The translations under genes were made by a program, and so were the position numbers. DNA of 64,000 nt, from the NCBI GenBank assembly GCA_020633845.1, contig JACKCW010000001.1:206250-270249 (forward strand). Direction: 5' to 3'. Below, piece by piece: positions 54,134-64,000 of this stretch; position 1 is the stretch's first letter; every line of letters begins with the position of its first letter. A model generated the notes under the pieces. The model made no database searches. It was not told where the DNA came from and worked only from the letters and a program-made list of their open reading frames with translations. The stretch is from Bacillales bacterium. GTDB taxonomy: Bacteria > Bacillota_I > Bacilli_A > Izemoplasmatales > UBA1188.

Positions 54134-55900
54134 ATGAACGATAAAATAAAAGAAAAACTAAAAAATCTTCCCGAATCTCCCGGATCTTATCAAATGATAG
54201 ATAAGGACGGAAGAATCATATATGTCGGCAAGGCGAAGAATCTGAAAAACAGAGTTCGTTCTTATTTTATCGGCGCTCATAATGAAAAAACTACCGCTCT
54301 AGTCGCAAAAATAGACGATATCAATTATATTGAAACCTTGAACGAAAAAGAGGCTTTTCTTCTGGAAATCAGTTTAATAAAAAAACATAATCCTTTTTAT
54401 AATATCGACCTCACAGACGATAAAACTTATCCTTATATCGAATACACCGAAGAAAGAAATCCGAAACTGATTATCACCAGAAAACTCTCGCCCAAAAACA
54501 AGCGTTATTTCGGACCTTACCCGAATGTAAAAGAGGCGAGAGATGTTTTAAATCTTTTAAATACTTTATATAAAATGCGAAAGTGCGTAACAATGCCAAG
54601 AAAATCGTGCATTTATTATGATATAGGAGAATGTAGGGCGCCTTGTATATACCCCATTACTACTGATGAATATGATGAGATCTATAAAGAGATCCGTTCA
54701 CTTTTAAACGGAACCGATCTTTCCATCATGAAAAAATTAAAAGAGGAAATGGCGGCATCAAGCGAAAAAATGGATTACGAAAACGCCAAAAAAATGAAGG
54801 ATACGATTGATGCGATTAAGGGAACGATTATTAAGCAAGACATTCTTTTAAAAGATAAAGTCGACGTTGATGTCTTTGGCATCAGCTATGATGAAGATTT
54901 CCTTTCCATCACCATTCTATATTTAAGAGGTGGAAAAATCATTCTCTCGAACAGTGAAGTTATTCCTTACTATTTTGATGTTTCGGATGCGTTAGTAGAT
55001 TATATAAACGCTTATTATAAAAAGAACCTGTCGCCTCAGTTTATTTATGCCTCTAAAGAATATGAAGACATATTTTCTCTTTCGGCTAAGGATTCTATCT
55101 TTTTCTCTCCTATAAAAGGAACAAAGAAAAATCTGCTTTATACCGCTAAGAAAAACAGCGAGACTAAACTTTTAAACAAGAATAAAACCGCCAAGGACGC
55201 AAGAAGAAAAGCCTTAGAAGATTTAGCGGAACTTTTATCCCTCCCGCTTTTAACAAGGATAGAATCCTTCGATAACTCGAATCTTTTTGGAGATTCCCCG
55301 GTTTCTTCAATGGTGGTTTATATTAACGGGAAAAAATCACCAAAAGAATACAGAAAATATAAAATTGAAACCGTTAAAGAACCGAATGATTTTGAAACGA
55401 TGAAGGAAGTTGTCTTAAGAAGATATAAAAACGCCAAAGAAGATGTATTTTCTCTTCCCGATTTAATTTTAGCCGATGGTGGCATTATTCAGGTAAGAGC
55501 GATTGAAAACGCCCTCTTATCCCTTAAAATAGATAATATTCCGGTAGCCGGACTGAAAAAGGATCAGAATCACGATACAAGCACTATAATATACCGGGAT
55601 AAAGAATATTCTCTTGATAGGCATTCCTCTCTTTACCGTCTTCTTTTTGAGATTCAAGAAGAGGTACACCGTTTCGCCATTACTTTCCATAGATCACTTA
55701 AGGAAAAGAATTCTTTCATTTCTATCTTGGATAATATTGACGGAATCGGAGAGACACTCAAGGACCGTCTACTGGAAAAATATAAAACCATCGCCGCTAT
55801 CAAAGACGCCAATATAGAAGAACTAAAAGAAATCGGGCTTAAGGATAGCGCAATAAAAAAGCTTAAAGAAGCACTTGAAGGAGATGTCAGTCTTGAATAA
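54134..55900 (+). CDS. uvrC: excinuclease ABC subunit C
   Basis: GIY-YIG motif (GSYQMID...IIYVGKAKNLKNR), UVR domain, C-terminal HhH region. Confidence 0.95.
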   Translation: MNDKIKEKLKNLPESPGSYQMIDKDGRIIYVGKAKNLKNRVRSYFIGAHNEKTTALVAKIDDINYIETLNEKEAFLLEISLIKKHNPFYNIDLTDDKTYPYIEYTEERNPKLIITRKLSPKNKRYFGPYPNVKEARDVLNLLNTLYKMRKCVTMPRKSCIYYDIGECRAPCIYPITTDEYDEIYKEIRSLLNGTDLSIMKKLKEEMAASSEKMDYENAKKMKDTIDAIKGTIIKQDILLKDKVDVDVFGISYDEDFLSITILYLRGGKIILSNSEVIPYYFDVSDALVDYINAYYKKNLSPQFIYASKEYEDIFSLSAKDSIFFSPIKGTKKNLLYTAKKNSETKLLNKNKTAKDARRKALEDLAELLSLPLLTRIESFDNSNLFGDSPVSSMVVYINGKKSPKEYRKYKIETVKEPNDFETMKEVVLRRYKNAKEDVFSLPDLILADGGIIQVRAIENALLSLKIDNIPVAGLKKDQNHDTSTIIYRDKEYSLDRHSSLYRLLFEIQEEVHRFAITFHRSLKEKNSFISILDNIDGIGETLKDRLLEKYKTIAAIKDANIEELKEIGLKDSAIKKLKEALEGDVSLE

Positions 55901-56783
55901 AGAAGAATTCGGAATAATCCACGATTACTACCCGCGGGAAAAAATGATTTCCATCAAAAAAAGAAATTCCCTTTCTTTCTTTTATTTTTCCAAGTCGGCC
56001 CTTCAATTATTTAAAAGAGCGATGGAACATGAAAGCGTCTTTGTGGAAATTGAATACAGCGACAAAGAAAAAGTTCTTAAAAATATAATTGCGAAAGAAA
56101 TAACGGTTATTCATAAAATCCAGTACCAGACTAAAAAAGGTCCGAAAAGTTTATTCGACGTATCTGTAATTAAAGAAGATGTAAAAAAATTGATTAATCT
56201 CGATACTTATAAAGCTTTCCTGGATTTTGAACTGACGATGCCGGCTTATAATGAAAGACATCCTTTTACTCCGGAAATCATCCAAATCGGAATGGTAATC
56301 GCAAACGAGAAAGACGAGATTGTAAATATATACACCACCTACGTCAACCCGGAAGTACCGATATCCGATAGAGCGAAAAGATTTTTAGGCATTTCCAAAG
56401 AATCGTTTAAAGACGCAGTGTCTTATGATCAATTTTATAATGAGTATAAAAATCTTCTTTCCATCTATAGGCCGATAATATATGTTTGGGGTTCTAACGA
56501 CGTTAAAGCCCTGAACGATTCCTTTACTCTTCATAAAGTAAAACCGCTTAAGGCGAGATATGAAGACCTTTTAAAGCATCATAAGCATTACTACGAACTG
56601 AAAAACGATCTAGGCCTTTTTACCGCCTTAAAGATTTACCGCGGTATTGAAGCCGATCAAGTTCACCACGCCTTAACCGATGCGACCGCCACTAAAGAAG
56701 TGTTCGATGGTTTTAAGAAAAAGGTTAACGGACTTATCGATATAGAAATAAAAAACGGGCCTCAATCCGCCGATGCGGTATAG
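55875..56783 (+). CDS. DEDDh-type 3'-5' exonuclease domain protein with ~110-aa N-terminal extension
   Basis: FLDFELTMP (Exo I), VWGSNDVKAL (Exo II-like) and HHALTDA (Exo III, DEDDh) motifs. Overlaps the uvrC 3' end by 26 nt; the exact start is uncertain. Confidence 0.7.
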   Translation: MKEMSVLNKEEFGIIHDYYPREKMISIKKRNSLSFFYFSKSALQLFKRAMEHESVFVEIEYSDKEKVLKNIIAKEITVIHKIQYQTKKGPKSLFDVSVIKEDVKKLINLDTYKAFLDFELTMPAYNERHPFTPEIIQIGMVIANEKDEIVNIYTTYVNPEVPISDRAKRFLGISKESFKDAVSYDQFYNEYKNLLSIYRPIIYVWGSNDVKALNDSFTLHKVKPLKARYEDLLKHHKHYYELKNDLGLFTALKIYRGIEADQVHHALTDATATKEVFDGFKKKVNGLIDIEIKNGPQSADAV

Positions 56784-56793
56784 GCCCGTTTTT

Positions 56794-58470
56794 TTATGCA
56801 ACTTGATTTAAGATAATAAAGATTGAAGGTTTTTGTTTAGAAGTGGTTTCGATATAGGATCCGAGTTTGTCTTTCAGGTCTTTTTTAGCGTCTTGTCTTC
56901 TTGTGAAGGCAGTTGAATCGAAATAGTCGATCACAAAATTCTCAATTCCCTTAAATACTTCTTCGTTATCTTTTGCGAAAAGGAAACCTTTAGAGATAAT
57001 AGTTGGTTTCGCTATCGTCTTTCCGTTTTTATCAACGGTCGCGACAATGGAAACCATGCCGGTCTGAGATAAGACTTTTCTTTCTTCGATGACCGCAGTA
57101 TTTATACCGCCGATATCGGTTCCATCAATCATAATCCCTTTACTTGGAACCTTCTGTGAGAGAATCTTGGCCCCGGTCTGACTGATAGATAGAATTTTTC
57201 CGTTTTCAAGTATATAGATATTCGCCGGATTCATTCCGCAGTCTACCGCCGATTTGGCGTGCGTTTTAAGCATATAATATTCTCCGTGAATCGGCATAAA
57301 GAATTTCGGACGGAGAAGTTTAATCATTAATTTTTGTTCATTAGACCCGGCGTGACCTGAGGCATGCACATCGTTAAAGGTCGATTGAACCACCACATCG
57401 GCGCCTTGTCTTGATAAAAGGTTGATTACGTAATCTATTTCGACCGAGTTACCTGGAATCGCGCTACTGGAGAAAATAACCGTATCGCCTTTTTCTATTT
57501 TGATTTGTTTATGGTTGCCTTGGGCAATTCTCGATAAGGCCGCCATCGGTTCCCCCTGCGAACCTGTGCAGATAATAGTGATTTTATCTAGAGGATAGTC
57601 AGACAAGAACTTCGGCTCGACAAAATTATCCTCGCTGGCGTGGATATAACCCAAATCCCGGCCAATCGTTACGATATTTTCCATACTTCTTCCGACAACA
57701 CAAACTTTCCTTCCGCCTTCAATGGAAGACTCGATTATTTGATTTATTCTGTTGACGTTAGAAGCGAAAGTCGAAATAATGATTCTTCCTTTAACTTCCC
57801 GGAAAAGATCTTTGATGTTTTCAGCCACAACTCTTTCCGAGGTGCTTAAATCTTTAAGTTTCGCATTGGTGGAATCAGACATCAAAAGAAGCACTCCTTT
57901 TTGACCGAGAGCACAAAGTTTTTGGTAATTCGCATCTTTACCGACCGGCGTTAAATCGAGTTTGAAGTCGCCGCTTTCGACAATATCTCCAAGAGGCGTT
58001 CCGATAACAACGCCGAAAGCGTCCGGTATCGAGTGGGAAACTCTAAAGAAAGAAACGGAAAGATATTTAAAATTTATTTTTTCCAATTCGTTGAATTCAT
58101 AAAAATTAGCTTTAATTCCCGGGTGTTCGTCCAGCTTCTTTTTGATTAGTTCAAGCGCAAGGCCGCTTGCGTATATCTTCGGGATTTTAACTTGTTTTAA
58201 AAGATAAGGAATACCGCCGATATGGTCTTCGTGTCCGTGCGTAATAAAAAGACCCTTGATTTTATCTTGGTTTTCTAGAAGATAAGTATAATCCGGGATA
58301 ATGTAGTCAATTCCATATAAGTCGTCGTCAGGAAAAAGAATACCAGAATCAATAATAATAAGCTCGTCCTTGTATTCAACGACATACATATTTTTCCCGA
58401 CTTCGTATAGACCGCCGAGAGCGAGGACTTTGATATCGTCCCCGGATGTTTGTTTTTTAATTTCGTCCAT
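56794..58470 (-). CDS. rnj: ribonuclease J
   Basis: Metallo-beta-lactamase HGHEDHIGG motif, beta-CASP region, C-terminal domain. ATG at 58470 chosen because a TATAAT box sits immediately upstream of the ORF-track GTG at 58485. Confidence 0.93.
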   Translation of the reverse strand: MDEIKKQTSGDDIKVLALGGLYEVGKNMYVVEYKDELIIIDSGILFPDDDLYGIDYIIPDYTYLLENQDKIKGLFITHGHEDHIGGIPYLLKQVKIPKIYASGLALELIKKKLDEHPGIKANFYEFNELEKINFKYLSVSFFRVSHSIPDAFGVVIGTPLGDIVESGDFKLDLTPVGKDANYQKLCALGQKGVLLLMSDSTNAKLKDLSTSERVVAENIKDLFREVKGRIIISTFASNVNRINQIIESSIEGGRKVCVVGRSMENIVTIGRDLGYIHASEDNFVEPKFLSDYPLDKITIICTGSQGEPMAALSRIAQGNHKQIKIEKGDTVIFSSSAIPGNSVEIDYVINLLSRQGADVVVQSTFNDVHASGHAGSNEQKLMIKLLRPKFFMPIHGEYYMLKTHAKSAVDCGMNPANIYILENGKILSISQTGAKILSQKVPSKGIMIDGTDIGGINTAVIEERKVLSQTGMVSIVATVDKNGKTIAKPTIISKGFLFAKDNEEVFKGIENFVIDYFDSTAFTRRQDAKKDLKDKLGSYIETTSKQKPSIFIILNQVA

Positions 58471-58534
58471 GTCATCACCTATCACTCATTATACTATGAA
58501 ATAACTACCTTTTTCAATATAAAAACGCTTCCGT

Positions 58535-58801
58535 ATGTTAAAATATACTCTAAGGCAGGTATTAACGCAAATGAAAAAGAAAATATTATTTATAATTTTA
58601 ACTATCATAATGTCTGTTATTGCCGTAGTCGGAACTATTCTTTCGGTTCAGGCATACAAAGAAATGGTCAGCGTCGCTTCTTTCTCGCTTCCACTGGTTT
58701 TGGTTTTTGCCGGATGGATAGTCTTTACTTTTGCCGCTTTCATCGGCGCTTTTATTTTTTTGGTTAACATTTTAAAATATTCCGGTAAAGGCAGAGATTA
58801 A
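58535..58801 (+). CDS. hypothetical small membrane protein
   Basis: Two predicted TM helices. The start could instead be the ATG at 58571 (MKKKILF). Confidence 0.5.
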   Translation: MLKYTLRQVLTQMKKKILFIILTIIMSVIAVVGTILSVQAYKEMVSVASFSLPLVLVFAGWIVFTFAAFIGAFIFLVNILKYSGKGRD

Positions 58802-58803
58802 AA

Positions 58804-59265
58804 ATGAGAGTAGCCAGATTTTTTAAAGTCAGTCTTAATGATGAAATCAAAGAATATTACGACGATATTAAACTGCCAAGAAGAGCCACCTCTGGCTCGG
58901 CCGGCTATGACTTTTATCTCCCTTATGATTTAGTCATTAAACCAAACGAAGGCGCAACTATTAAAACTGGAGTCAGAGCTAAAATAAGAAAAGGTTTTGT
59001 CCTTTTGATTTTTCCAAGAAGCAGCCTCGGGACCAAATACAAACTGATGCTCGATAACACCATAGGCGTTATCGACAGCGACTACTATTTTGCGCTAAAC
59101 GAAGGTCATATTATTATTCAACTGACAAACCATTCAAACGAAGTATTAGAATTAAAAAAAGGCGAAAGATTCGTTCAAGGTTTATTCTTAAAATACGGAA
59201 AAACCTATGACGACAAAATCAAAGATAAAAGAACCGGCGGTTTAGGATCGACCGGTAAGAAATAA
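58804..59265 (+). CDS. dut: dUTP diphosphatase (trimeric dUTPase family)
   Basis: SGSAGYDF, GVIDSDY and RTGGLGSTGK motifs. Confidence 0.9.
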   Translation: MRVARFFKVSLNDEIKEYYDDIKLPRRATSGSAGYDFYLPYDLVIKPNEGATIKTGVRAKIRKGFVLLIFPRSSLGTKYKLMLDNTIGVIDSDYYFALNEGHIIIQLTNHSNEVLELKKGERFVQGLFLKYGKTYDDKIKDKRTGGLGSTGKK

Positions 59266-59289
59266 AAACCTGTATGAAACAGGTTTTTA
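59264..59289. terminator. bidirectional intrinsic terminator
   Basis: aaaacctgt-atgaa-acaggtttt flanked by an A-run and a T-run. Confidence 0.8.
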
Positions 59290-59295
59290 TTTTGT

Positions 59296-59802
59296 CTAAA
59301 TACGATGAATGAAGGATTTATTTCTTCCCTTAGTTATAGTTTTTTCTCCGTAACCCAGAATGACAGATCCCATAATTTCTTCCTCGTCTTTAAACCCGAT
59401 TGCCTTAAAGAAATCGTGGTACTTTTCATCGTTTAAAAGACAAGCTCTGTGTATCCAACAAGAAGAAACTCCTAAGGATTCGGCCGCAATCATCGCATTC
59501 TCAATGGCAGACGAAGCGTTTCTTATGTCGTGAAGATTATCTTTTCGGCCGGTAAAAAGAATAATAACTTTAGCTCCGTAAAAAGAATCGTTGCCATCTT
59601 TTTCTTCCATCATTTTTCTTATTTCTTCTACCCTCTCTATACTTTCAATCGAATAGATCCCTGTAGTTTCTAATCCTCTTGCGCAAGGAGCCCATAAAGC
59701 CGCCTCTAGTATTTGTTCGATTAAGGAAGAATCAACCTTTAAAGAAACATCGAATTTTCTTGTGCTTCTTCTATTTAAAATAGAAGTTATCGTTTCGTTC
59801 AT
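59296..59802 (-). CDS. nitroreductase-family flavoprotein
   Basis: ILNRRSTRKF N-terminal motif typical of the family; 168 aa. Confidence 0.8.
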   Translation of the reverse strand: MNETITSILNRRSTRKFDVSLKVDSSLIEQILEAALWAPCARGLETTGIYSIESIERVEEIRKMMEEKDGNDSFYGAKVIILFTGRKDNLHDIRNASSAIENAMIAAESLGVSSCWIHRACLLNDEKYHDFFKAIGFKDEEEIMGSVILGYGEKTITKGRNKSFIHRI

Positions 59803-59912
59803 TTTTCTCCTTTTGTCTTTTATGTTGTTTTATCTGTTTTGATTTTATCACATAAGATACACACAATCTATATATAATCGTGTATAATATTAATAAATAT
59901 CGGAGGTCTCTA

Positions 59913-60620
59913 ATGAAAAATGTAAACATTCTGGTCGCAGATGATGAATACAGAATAAGAAAACTGCTAAGTGAATTTTTCTTTAAAAAACTCGGCTATC
60001 ATGTAATAGAAGCCGAAGACGGAGAGGAAGCTCTCAAAGTTTTTTATGAAGGCAAACCAAAAATTAATTTGGTTATTTTGGATGTTATGATGCCGAAATA
60101 TTCGGGATGGTATGTCTTAGAAAAAATTAAAGAAGCATCATCAGTTCCGGTTGTGATGCTCACGGCCAAAATTGAAGAAGAAAGCCAACTTAAAGGATTT
60201 AAACTCGGAGCCGATGATTATGTAACAAAACCTTTTTCTCCTAATGTTCTTTTAGCTCGTTGCGAAAAACTGCTCAAAGGCGAAGAAGAAGGAGAAAAAG
60301 AAGTTAAATACGGCATAATTACCGTTAACAGTCTCGCAAGAGAAGTATTTATCAAAGATGAAGAAATTGCTTTAACCCCGAAAGAATTCGAACTTCTTAA
60401 ATACTTTATCGACAATAAAGGCATCGCTCTTTCGCGAGATAAAATATTAAATAATGTATGGAACTATGATTACTACGGAGATTTAAGAACCGTCGACACT
60501 CATGTTAAACAATTAAGAGCGAAACTAAAAGATGCCGGCAAATATATCTCGACCGTTAGAAGCGTCGGATATAAACTAGAACCTAAATTCGAGAACGATA
60601 ACGGCGATGTCACTGAATAA
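59913..60620 (+). CDS. OmpR-family response regulator
   Basis: Receiver domain (ILVADDE, ILDVMMP, LTAK) plus winged-helix (VGYKLE). ATG at 59913 after GGAGG. Confidence 0.88.
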   Translation: MKNVNILVADDEYRIRKLLSEFFFKKLGYHVIEAEDGEEALKVFYEGKPKINLVILDVMMPKYSGWYVLEKIKEASSVPVVMLTAKIEEESQLKGFKLGADDYVTKPFSPNVLLARCEKLLKGEEEGEKEVKYGIITVNSLAREVFIKDEEIALTPKEFELLKYFIDNKGIALSRDKILNNVWNYDYYGDLRTVDTHVKQLRAKLKDAGKYISTVRSVGYKLEPKFENDNGDVTE

Positions 60621-62133
60621 AAAGCTAGATCTGGCTTTTGTCGGCGTCTTGCTTTCTTTTGCTCTCATGATTATGCTTTTCAACACGCTTTTCCTGGAAA
60701 AATTTTATGTTTACCAGAAGAGGAATACTTTATACAGCGCCTATGATCAAATATCGGAATACGTTGTAACAAACGGCACCTCGACTGCCGATTTTGATTT
60801 TCAGATGCTGGACATTGCCCAAGAATATAACATAAGAATATCAGTGTTTGATGCGGACGGTTACTCCGTTCTTTCTTATAATGAGTTCCCGACTTTAGAA
60901 GCGGTTCATCTGATTGTGAGTGAAAACAACGAATCGGTTTTATTAAGCAATGCTCAGGAATATGATTTATATATCTCGGAAGACGGCCAGAACGTCGACT
61001 TTACGGACGATTCCTCCAGTGAATCGGATGATACTGAAGAGGTTAAAGAACTCGCGATTGTCGGAAAGATTACCTCCTCATCCGGCGAGGTACTTGGTTA
61101 TACTTTTATTTATACAACCTATACTTCAATAAAGGAAAACACCAAAATCTTTAACGCCTATATTTTATATACCTCAGTTGTGCTTCTAGCGATTTCTTTA
61201 ATTATTGTTTACTTCCTTTCTAATCAACTGACTAAACCGATTAAAGAAGTGGAAGCCAAAGCGAAGAGAATGGCAAACCTTGATTTTTCGAGGAAAATTG
61301 AAGTAAATACTCACGATGAAATCGGAGCGCTGGCTATTTCGATAAATAAGTTAAGCGATGAACTTGAGAAGAATATCGATAAACTCAAAAAAGCGAATGT
61401 CGCTCTACAACAGGATTTAAAACTGAAGGAAAGAATTAATGATATGCGGGAAGAGTTTATTTCCAATGTCTCTCACGAACTGAAGACTCCGATTTCGATT
61501 ATCGGTGGCTACAGCGAAGCGCTTAAGTTATCCGATTTATCCAAGGAAGATCTAGAAGAATACGCGGATATTATTATTGATGAGACTGTAAAGATGAATA
61601 AACTTGTCCGCGATCTTTTGAAATACACGCAAATAGAATCGGGTTTCGTTCCTTTAGAAACCGATGATTTTCAAATAACCGATATCATTAACTCCGTTAT
61701 TAAACCTAATGATTTAAGCCTTAAAGAAAAGGAAATAAATTTATCTGTTGAGGTGGAAGACATCATGGTTAACGGCGACTACGATATGCTTGAAACCGTC
61801 TTCCAAAACATTTTCACAAACGCTATTAACCACGCGGACAATGAAAGAATCATTGAGGTTAAAAGCGAAAGAACTAAAGATGGAAAACTTAGAATCAGTG
61901 TCTACAACACCGGAGAGAAAATTTCCAAGGAAAATCAGACGAGAATCTTTGAAAGTTTCTATAAGGTAGATAAGGCCAGAACAAGAGCTTACGGCGGTAC
62001 CGGCCTCGGTTTAGCGATAGTTAAATCAATTATGGAAACCTATCAAAACAGTTACGGCGTGAAAAACACTAAAGACGGAGTACTCTTCTTCTTTGATTTA
62101 AATATTTCCAAAAACACCGATAACCAAGCATAA
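60607..62133 (+). CDS. sensor histidine kinase with HAMP domain
   Basis: Two TM helices flanking a ~150-aa extracytoplasmic region. HAMP domain, H-box SHELKTPISIIGGY, and N/G boxes (NAINHA, GTGLGLAIV). Confidence 0.88.
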   Translation: MSLNKKLDLAFVGVLLSFALMIMLFNTLFLEKFYVYQKRNTLYSAYDQISEYVVTNGTSTADFDFQMLDIAQEYNIRISVFDADGYSVLSYNEFPTLEAVHLIVSENNESVLLSNAQEYDLYISEDGQNVDFTDDSSSESDDTEEVKELAIVGKITSSSGEVLGYTFIYTTYTSIKENTKIFNAYILYTSVVLLAISLIIVYFLSNQLTKPIKEVEAKAKRMANLDFSRKIEVNTHDEIGALAISINKLSDELEKNIDKLKKANVALQQDLKLKERINDMREEFISNVSHELKTPISIIGGYSEALKLSDLSKEDLEEYADIIIDETVKMNKLVRDLLKYTQIESGFVPLETDDFQITDIINSVIKPNDLSLKEKEINLSVEVEDIMVNGDYDMLETVFQNIFTNAINHADNERIIEVKSERTKDGKLRISVYNTGEKISKENQTRIFESFYKVDKARTRAYGGTGLGLAIVKSIMETYQNSYGVKNTKDGVLFFFDLNISKNTDNQA

Positions 62134-62136
62134 AAT

Positions 62137-62163
62137 AAAAAGGGCTGCCTACCCTTTTTATTT
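62137..62163 (+). terminator. terminator-like hairpin
   Basis: aaaggg-ctgccta-cccttt followed by a T-run. The stem is short. Confidence 0.55.
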
Positions 62164-62248
62164 TGGAAATGCAATTCTAATATTGAAAGTCCGATAAATA
62201 TCATTTAGAATGGACTTAATAAACTATTCAAGATTTTTGAGGTAACAA

Positions 62249-62818
62249 ATGAAAAAGATCGTCTTTTTTCTCGGTATTCTATTTATCGCGCTTTTTCTTT
62301 CTTCTTGTCGGCAAGCATCCTCAATAGAAAAGGAAAGATGGTATAGTGATTCTTATCTGGAGTCTTTAAATCTTGATGATTTTCCTATTTATGCGCTTGA
62401 GGATTCTTTTTATGATACCGATTTTGATAATTTCTATGCACTTTCTACCTTTGAAGACTATACGGTTTATGTAGTAAATATCTACAACTATATTATAGAA
62501 AAAGAATATGAATATGCCGGCACAAGAGGAGATGAAAAACACAGTTTCGCTCCTTTCGGGTTTTATAGCTACTATCTTTTAGAAGAAGAAAGCGTTGATA
62601 ACTTTGATATAGCGAGAGATAACTCAATATATAGTGATTATGCCTTTATTTTTGGAAACGAAGTTGATAGCGAGGGTTTAATAGAAGACGCCGTCGTTAT
62701 TGATATAATATTTTATGAATTAAAACAATCAAGAGAAGAAAAGAGTAATATATACGAATATAATGTTGTCCTTATGATAAGAGGATCAAGTTATAAGGGC
62801 GAGTATTATATAAAATAA
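62249..62818 (+). CDS. hypothetical lipoprotein
   Basis: Signal peptide with lipobox LSSC. Y/E/D-rich mature part, no recognised family. Confidence 0.6.
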   Translation: MKKIVFFLGILFIALFLSSCRQASSIEKERWYSDSYLESLNLDDFPIYALEDSFYDTDFDNFYALSTFEDYTVYVVNIYNYIIEKEYEYAGTRGDEKHSFAPFGFYSYYLLEEESVDNFDIARDNSIYSDYAFIFGNEVDSEGLIEDAVVIDIIFYELKQSREEKSNIYEYNVVLMIRGSSYKGEYYIK

Positions 62819-62913
62819 AACAAAAATAAAAACCGGGAAGGAAAAAGAGGATTCTCTCCCGGCTTTTCTTTATTTTATTCTGTCTAAATGGTATACTAAT
62901 TTTAGGTGAAATT

Positions 62914-64000
62914 ATGAATAATTTATCAGTAGGAACGATTATTGGCCTCGAGATTAGAGGCATGGGAATAAACGGCGAAGGAATCGGCTATTTTAATAAA
63001 CTAGCCGTTTTTGTCCCCGGCGCTATTCAAAAAGAAAAAGTATACGTGGAAATTAAGGAAGTGTATGATAAATACGCTGTGGGAAAAATTACCGAAATAA
63101 CCGAAAAATCCACAAAAAGAGTTGAACCTTTCTGCAAGTTTTACGAAGAGTGCGGCGGTTGTACTATGCAGCATATAGAACTTGTTGAACAATTAAAGAT
63201 AAAACAACAGCTTTTAATGGAAGCCCTTAAAAAATATACTTCATTAGATTTATCAAAAATAAGAATTGAAAAAACTGTCGCATCGGATGACGTCGACTAC
63301 AGAAATAAATCGCAGATGCCTTTAAGAGACACCTCTTTCGGCCTCGCTCTCGGGCTTTTTGCCCCAGGGTCTAACCGGTTTGTCTTTATTGACAGATGCC
63401 CGATACAGGAAGATATCGTAAATGATGTGAACAGCAAGGTTTTAACCGCTCTTTTAAAATATAAACAGCACACAAAAAAAGAAGGCGGAGTTTTAAAATA
63501 TTTGGTGGTAAGAGGAATCCAAGAATCGGAGTGCGCACAAGTCACCTTTGTTCTGGAAGAATATAGAGAAATCTTTCAGGTAATAGCCTCCGAACTCGTA
63601 AAAAACAAAGAAATAAAAAGCGTGTCTTATACCATCCAAAATAAATCCGGCGTCCAGATTTTTGGCGATAAAACCATTCTTTTGTCGGGATCAGAGTATT
63701 TGCGCGATGAAATGCTGTCGCTTAAAATCAGATTAAGCGCCAAAAGTTTTTATCAGTTAAATAAGAAACAAAGCGAAAAATTATACAGCGAAATTATGTT
63801 AGATATGAAGGACGAAAAGGATGATATTATTTTTGACGGCTATTCCGGTATCGGTATTTTAGGCCTCCTTTTAGCTCAGAATGCATCTCATGTTTATTCA
63901 GTTGACTTAAACAGTGATTCGATTAAAAATGCCAGAATAATTGCGAGAGAAAACGATATTAAAAACGCCACTTTCTTTTCTGATCGAATTGAAAAAAGAT
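62914..64000 (+). CDS. rlmD: 23S rRNA (uracil-C5)-methyltransferase, RlmD/RlmCD (RumA) family; 3' end beyond the window
   Basis: My translation from the ATG at 62914 (after AGGTGA) gives a TRAM domain, the Fe-S Cys cluster CKFYEECGGC, and then a SAM-MTase region (FDGYSGIGILGL). Absent from the ORF track because no stop falls within the window. Confidence 0.8.
   Translation, partial: MNNLSVGTIIGLEIRGMGINGEGIGYFNKLAVFVPGAIQKEKVYVEIKEVYDKYAVGKITEITEKSTKRVEPFCKFYEECGGCTMQHIELVEQLKIKQQLLMEALKKYTSLDLSKIRIEKTVASDDVDYRNKSQMPLRDTSFGLALGLFAPGSNRFVFIDRCPIQEDIVNDVNSKVLTALLKYKQHTKKEGGVLKYLVVRGIQESECAQVTFVLEEYREIFQVIASELVKNKEIKSVSYTIQNKSGVQIFGDKTILLSGSEYLRDEMLSLKIRLSAKSFYQLNKKQSEKLYSEIMLDMKDEKDDIIFDGYSGIGILGLLLAQNASHVYSVDLNSDSIKNARIIARENDIKNATFFSDRIEKR

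Overview
AT-rich, gene-dense chromosomal window with about 65 protein genes and 3 tRNAs. I recognise no rRNA, CRISPR array, transposase, integrase or phage structural genes. The standard genetic code applies: TGA ends real genes (e.g. pstC at 36704-36706) and Trp is TGG, so this is not a code-4 mycoplasma. Gene content and order suggest a low-GC Firmicutes/Mollicutes-related lineage, possibly Acholeplasma- or Erysipelotrichia-like (inference only). The evidence is rqcP-ftsH-hpt-tilS, rimP-nusA-ylxR-ylxQ-infB-rbfA, yutD, RNase J, an LtaS-like gene, lipobox lipoproteins, and surface proteins anchored by a lipobox or C-terminal TM helix with no LPXTG.

Most of the window is ordinary housekeeping: tldD-pmbA, lysS, a peroxiredoxin, maf, ispDF, pgi, mgsA, phoPR plus pstSCAB-phoU, two ABC exporter genes, uvrC, rnj, dut, a second two-component system and rlmD.

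The accessory-looking part is about 15.8-26 kb. It holds three stacked terminators, a small wHTH gene, and a 4.5-kb repeat-rich surface-lipoprotein gene split into two ORFs. It also holds an AT-richer islet with two overlapping small membrane-protein genes and a start-less XRE remnant, two tandem DHH phosphoesterases, and a second Ig-repeat surface protein.

The most anomalous DNA is 17801-18152. It is a same-orientation, out-of-order patchwork of 10-63 bp pieces of the gene's own 279-bp coding repeat, and it puts five stops in the reading frame. It could be an assembly or data artefact, or real repeat decay or variation; I cannot decide from sequence alone.

I did not find a convincing, complete novel multi-gene system. 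Lower-scoring leads:
- a tRNA-Leu that abuts an SD-less acyltransferase start codon
- an EF-G paralogue lacking the catalytic His
- an XRE regulator whose C-terminal domain is duplicated as a coupled downstream ORF ahead of an ABC exporter pair
- a serine-hydrolase/HExxH-protein operon next to tRNAs
- Pho boxes upstream of pstS
- a terminator-like leader hairpin upstream of rimP-nusA
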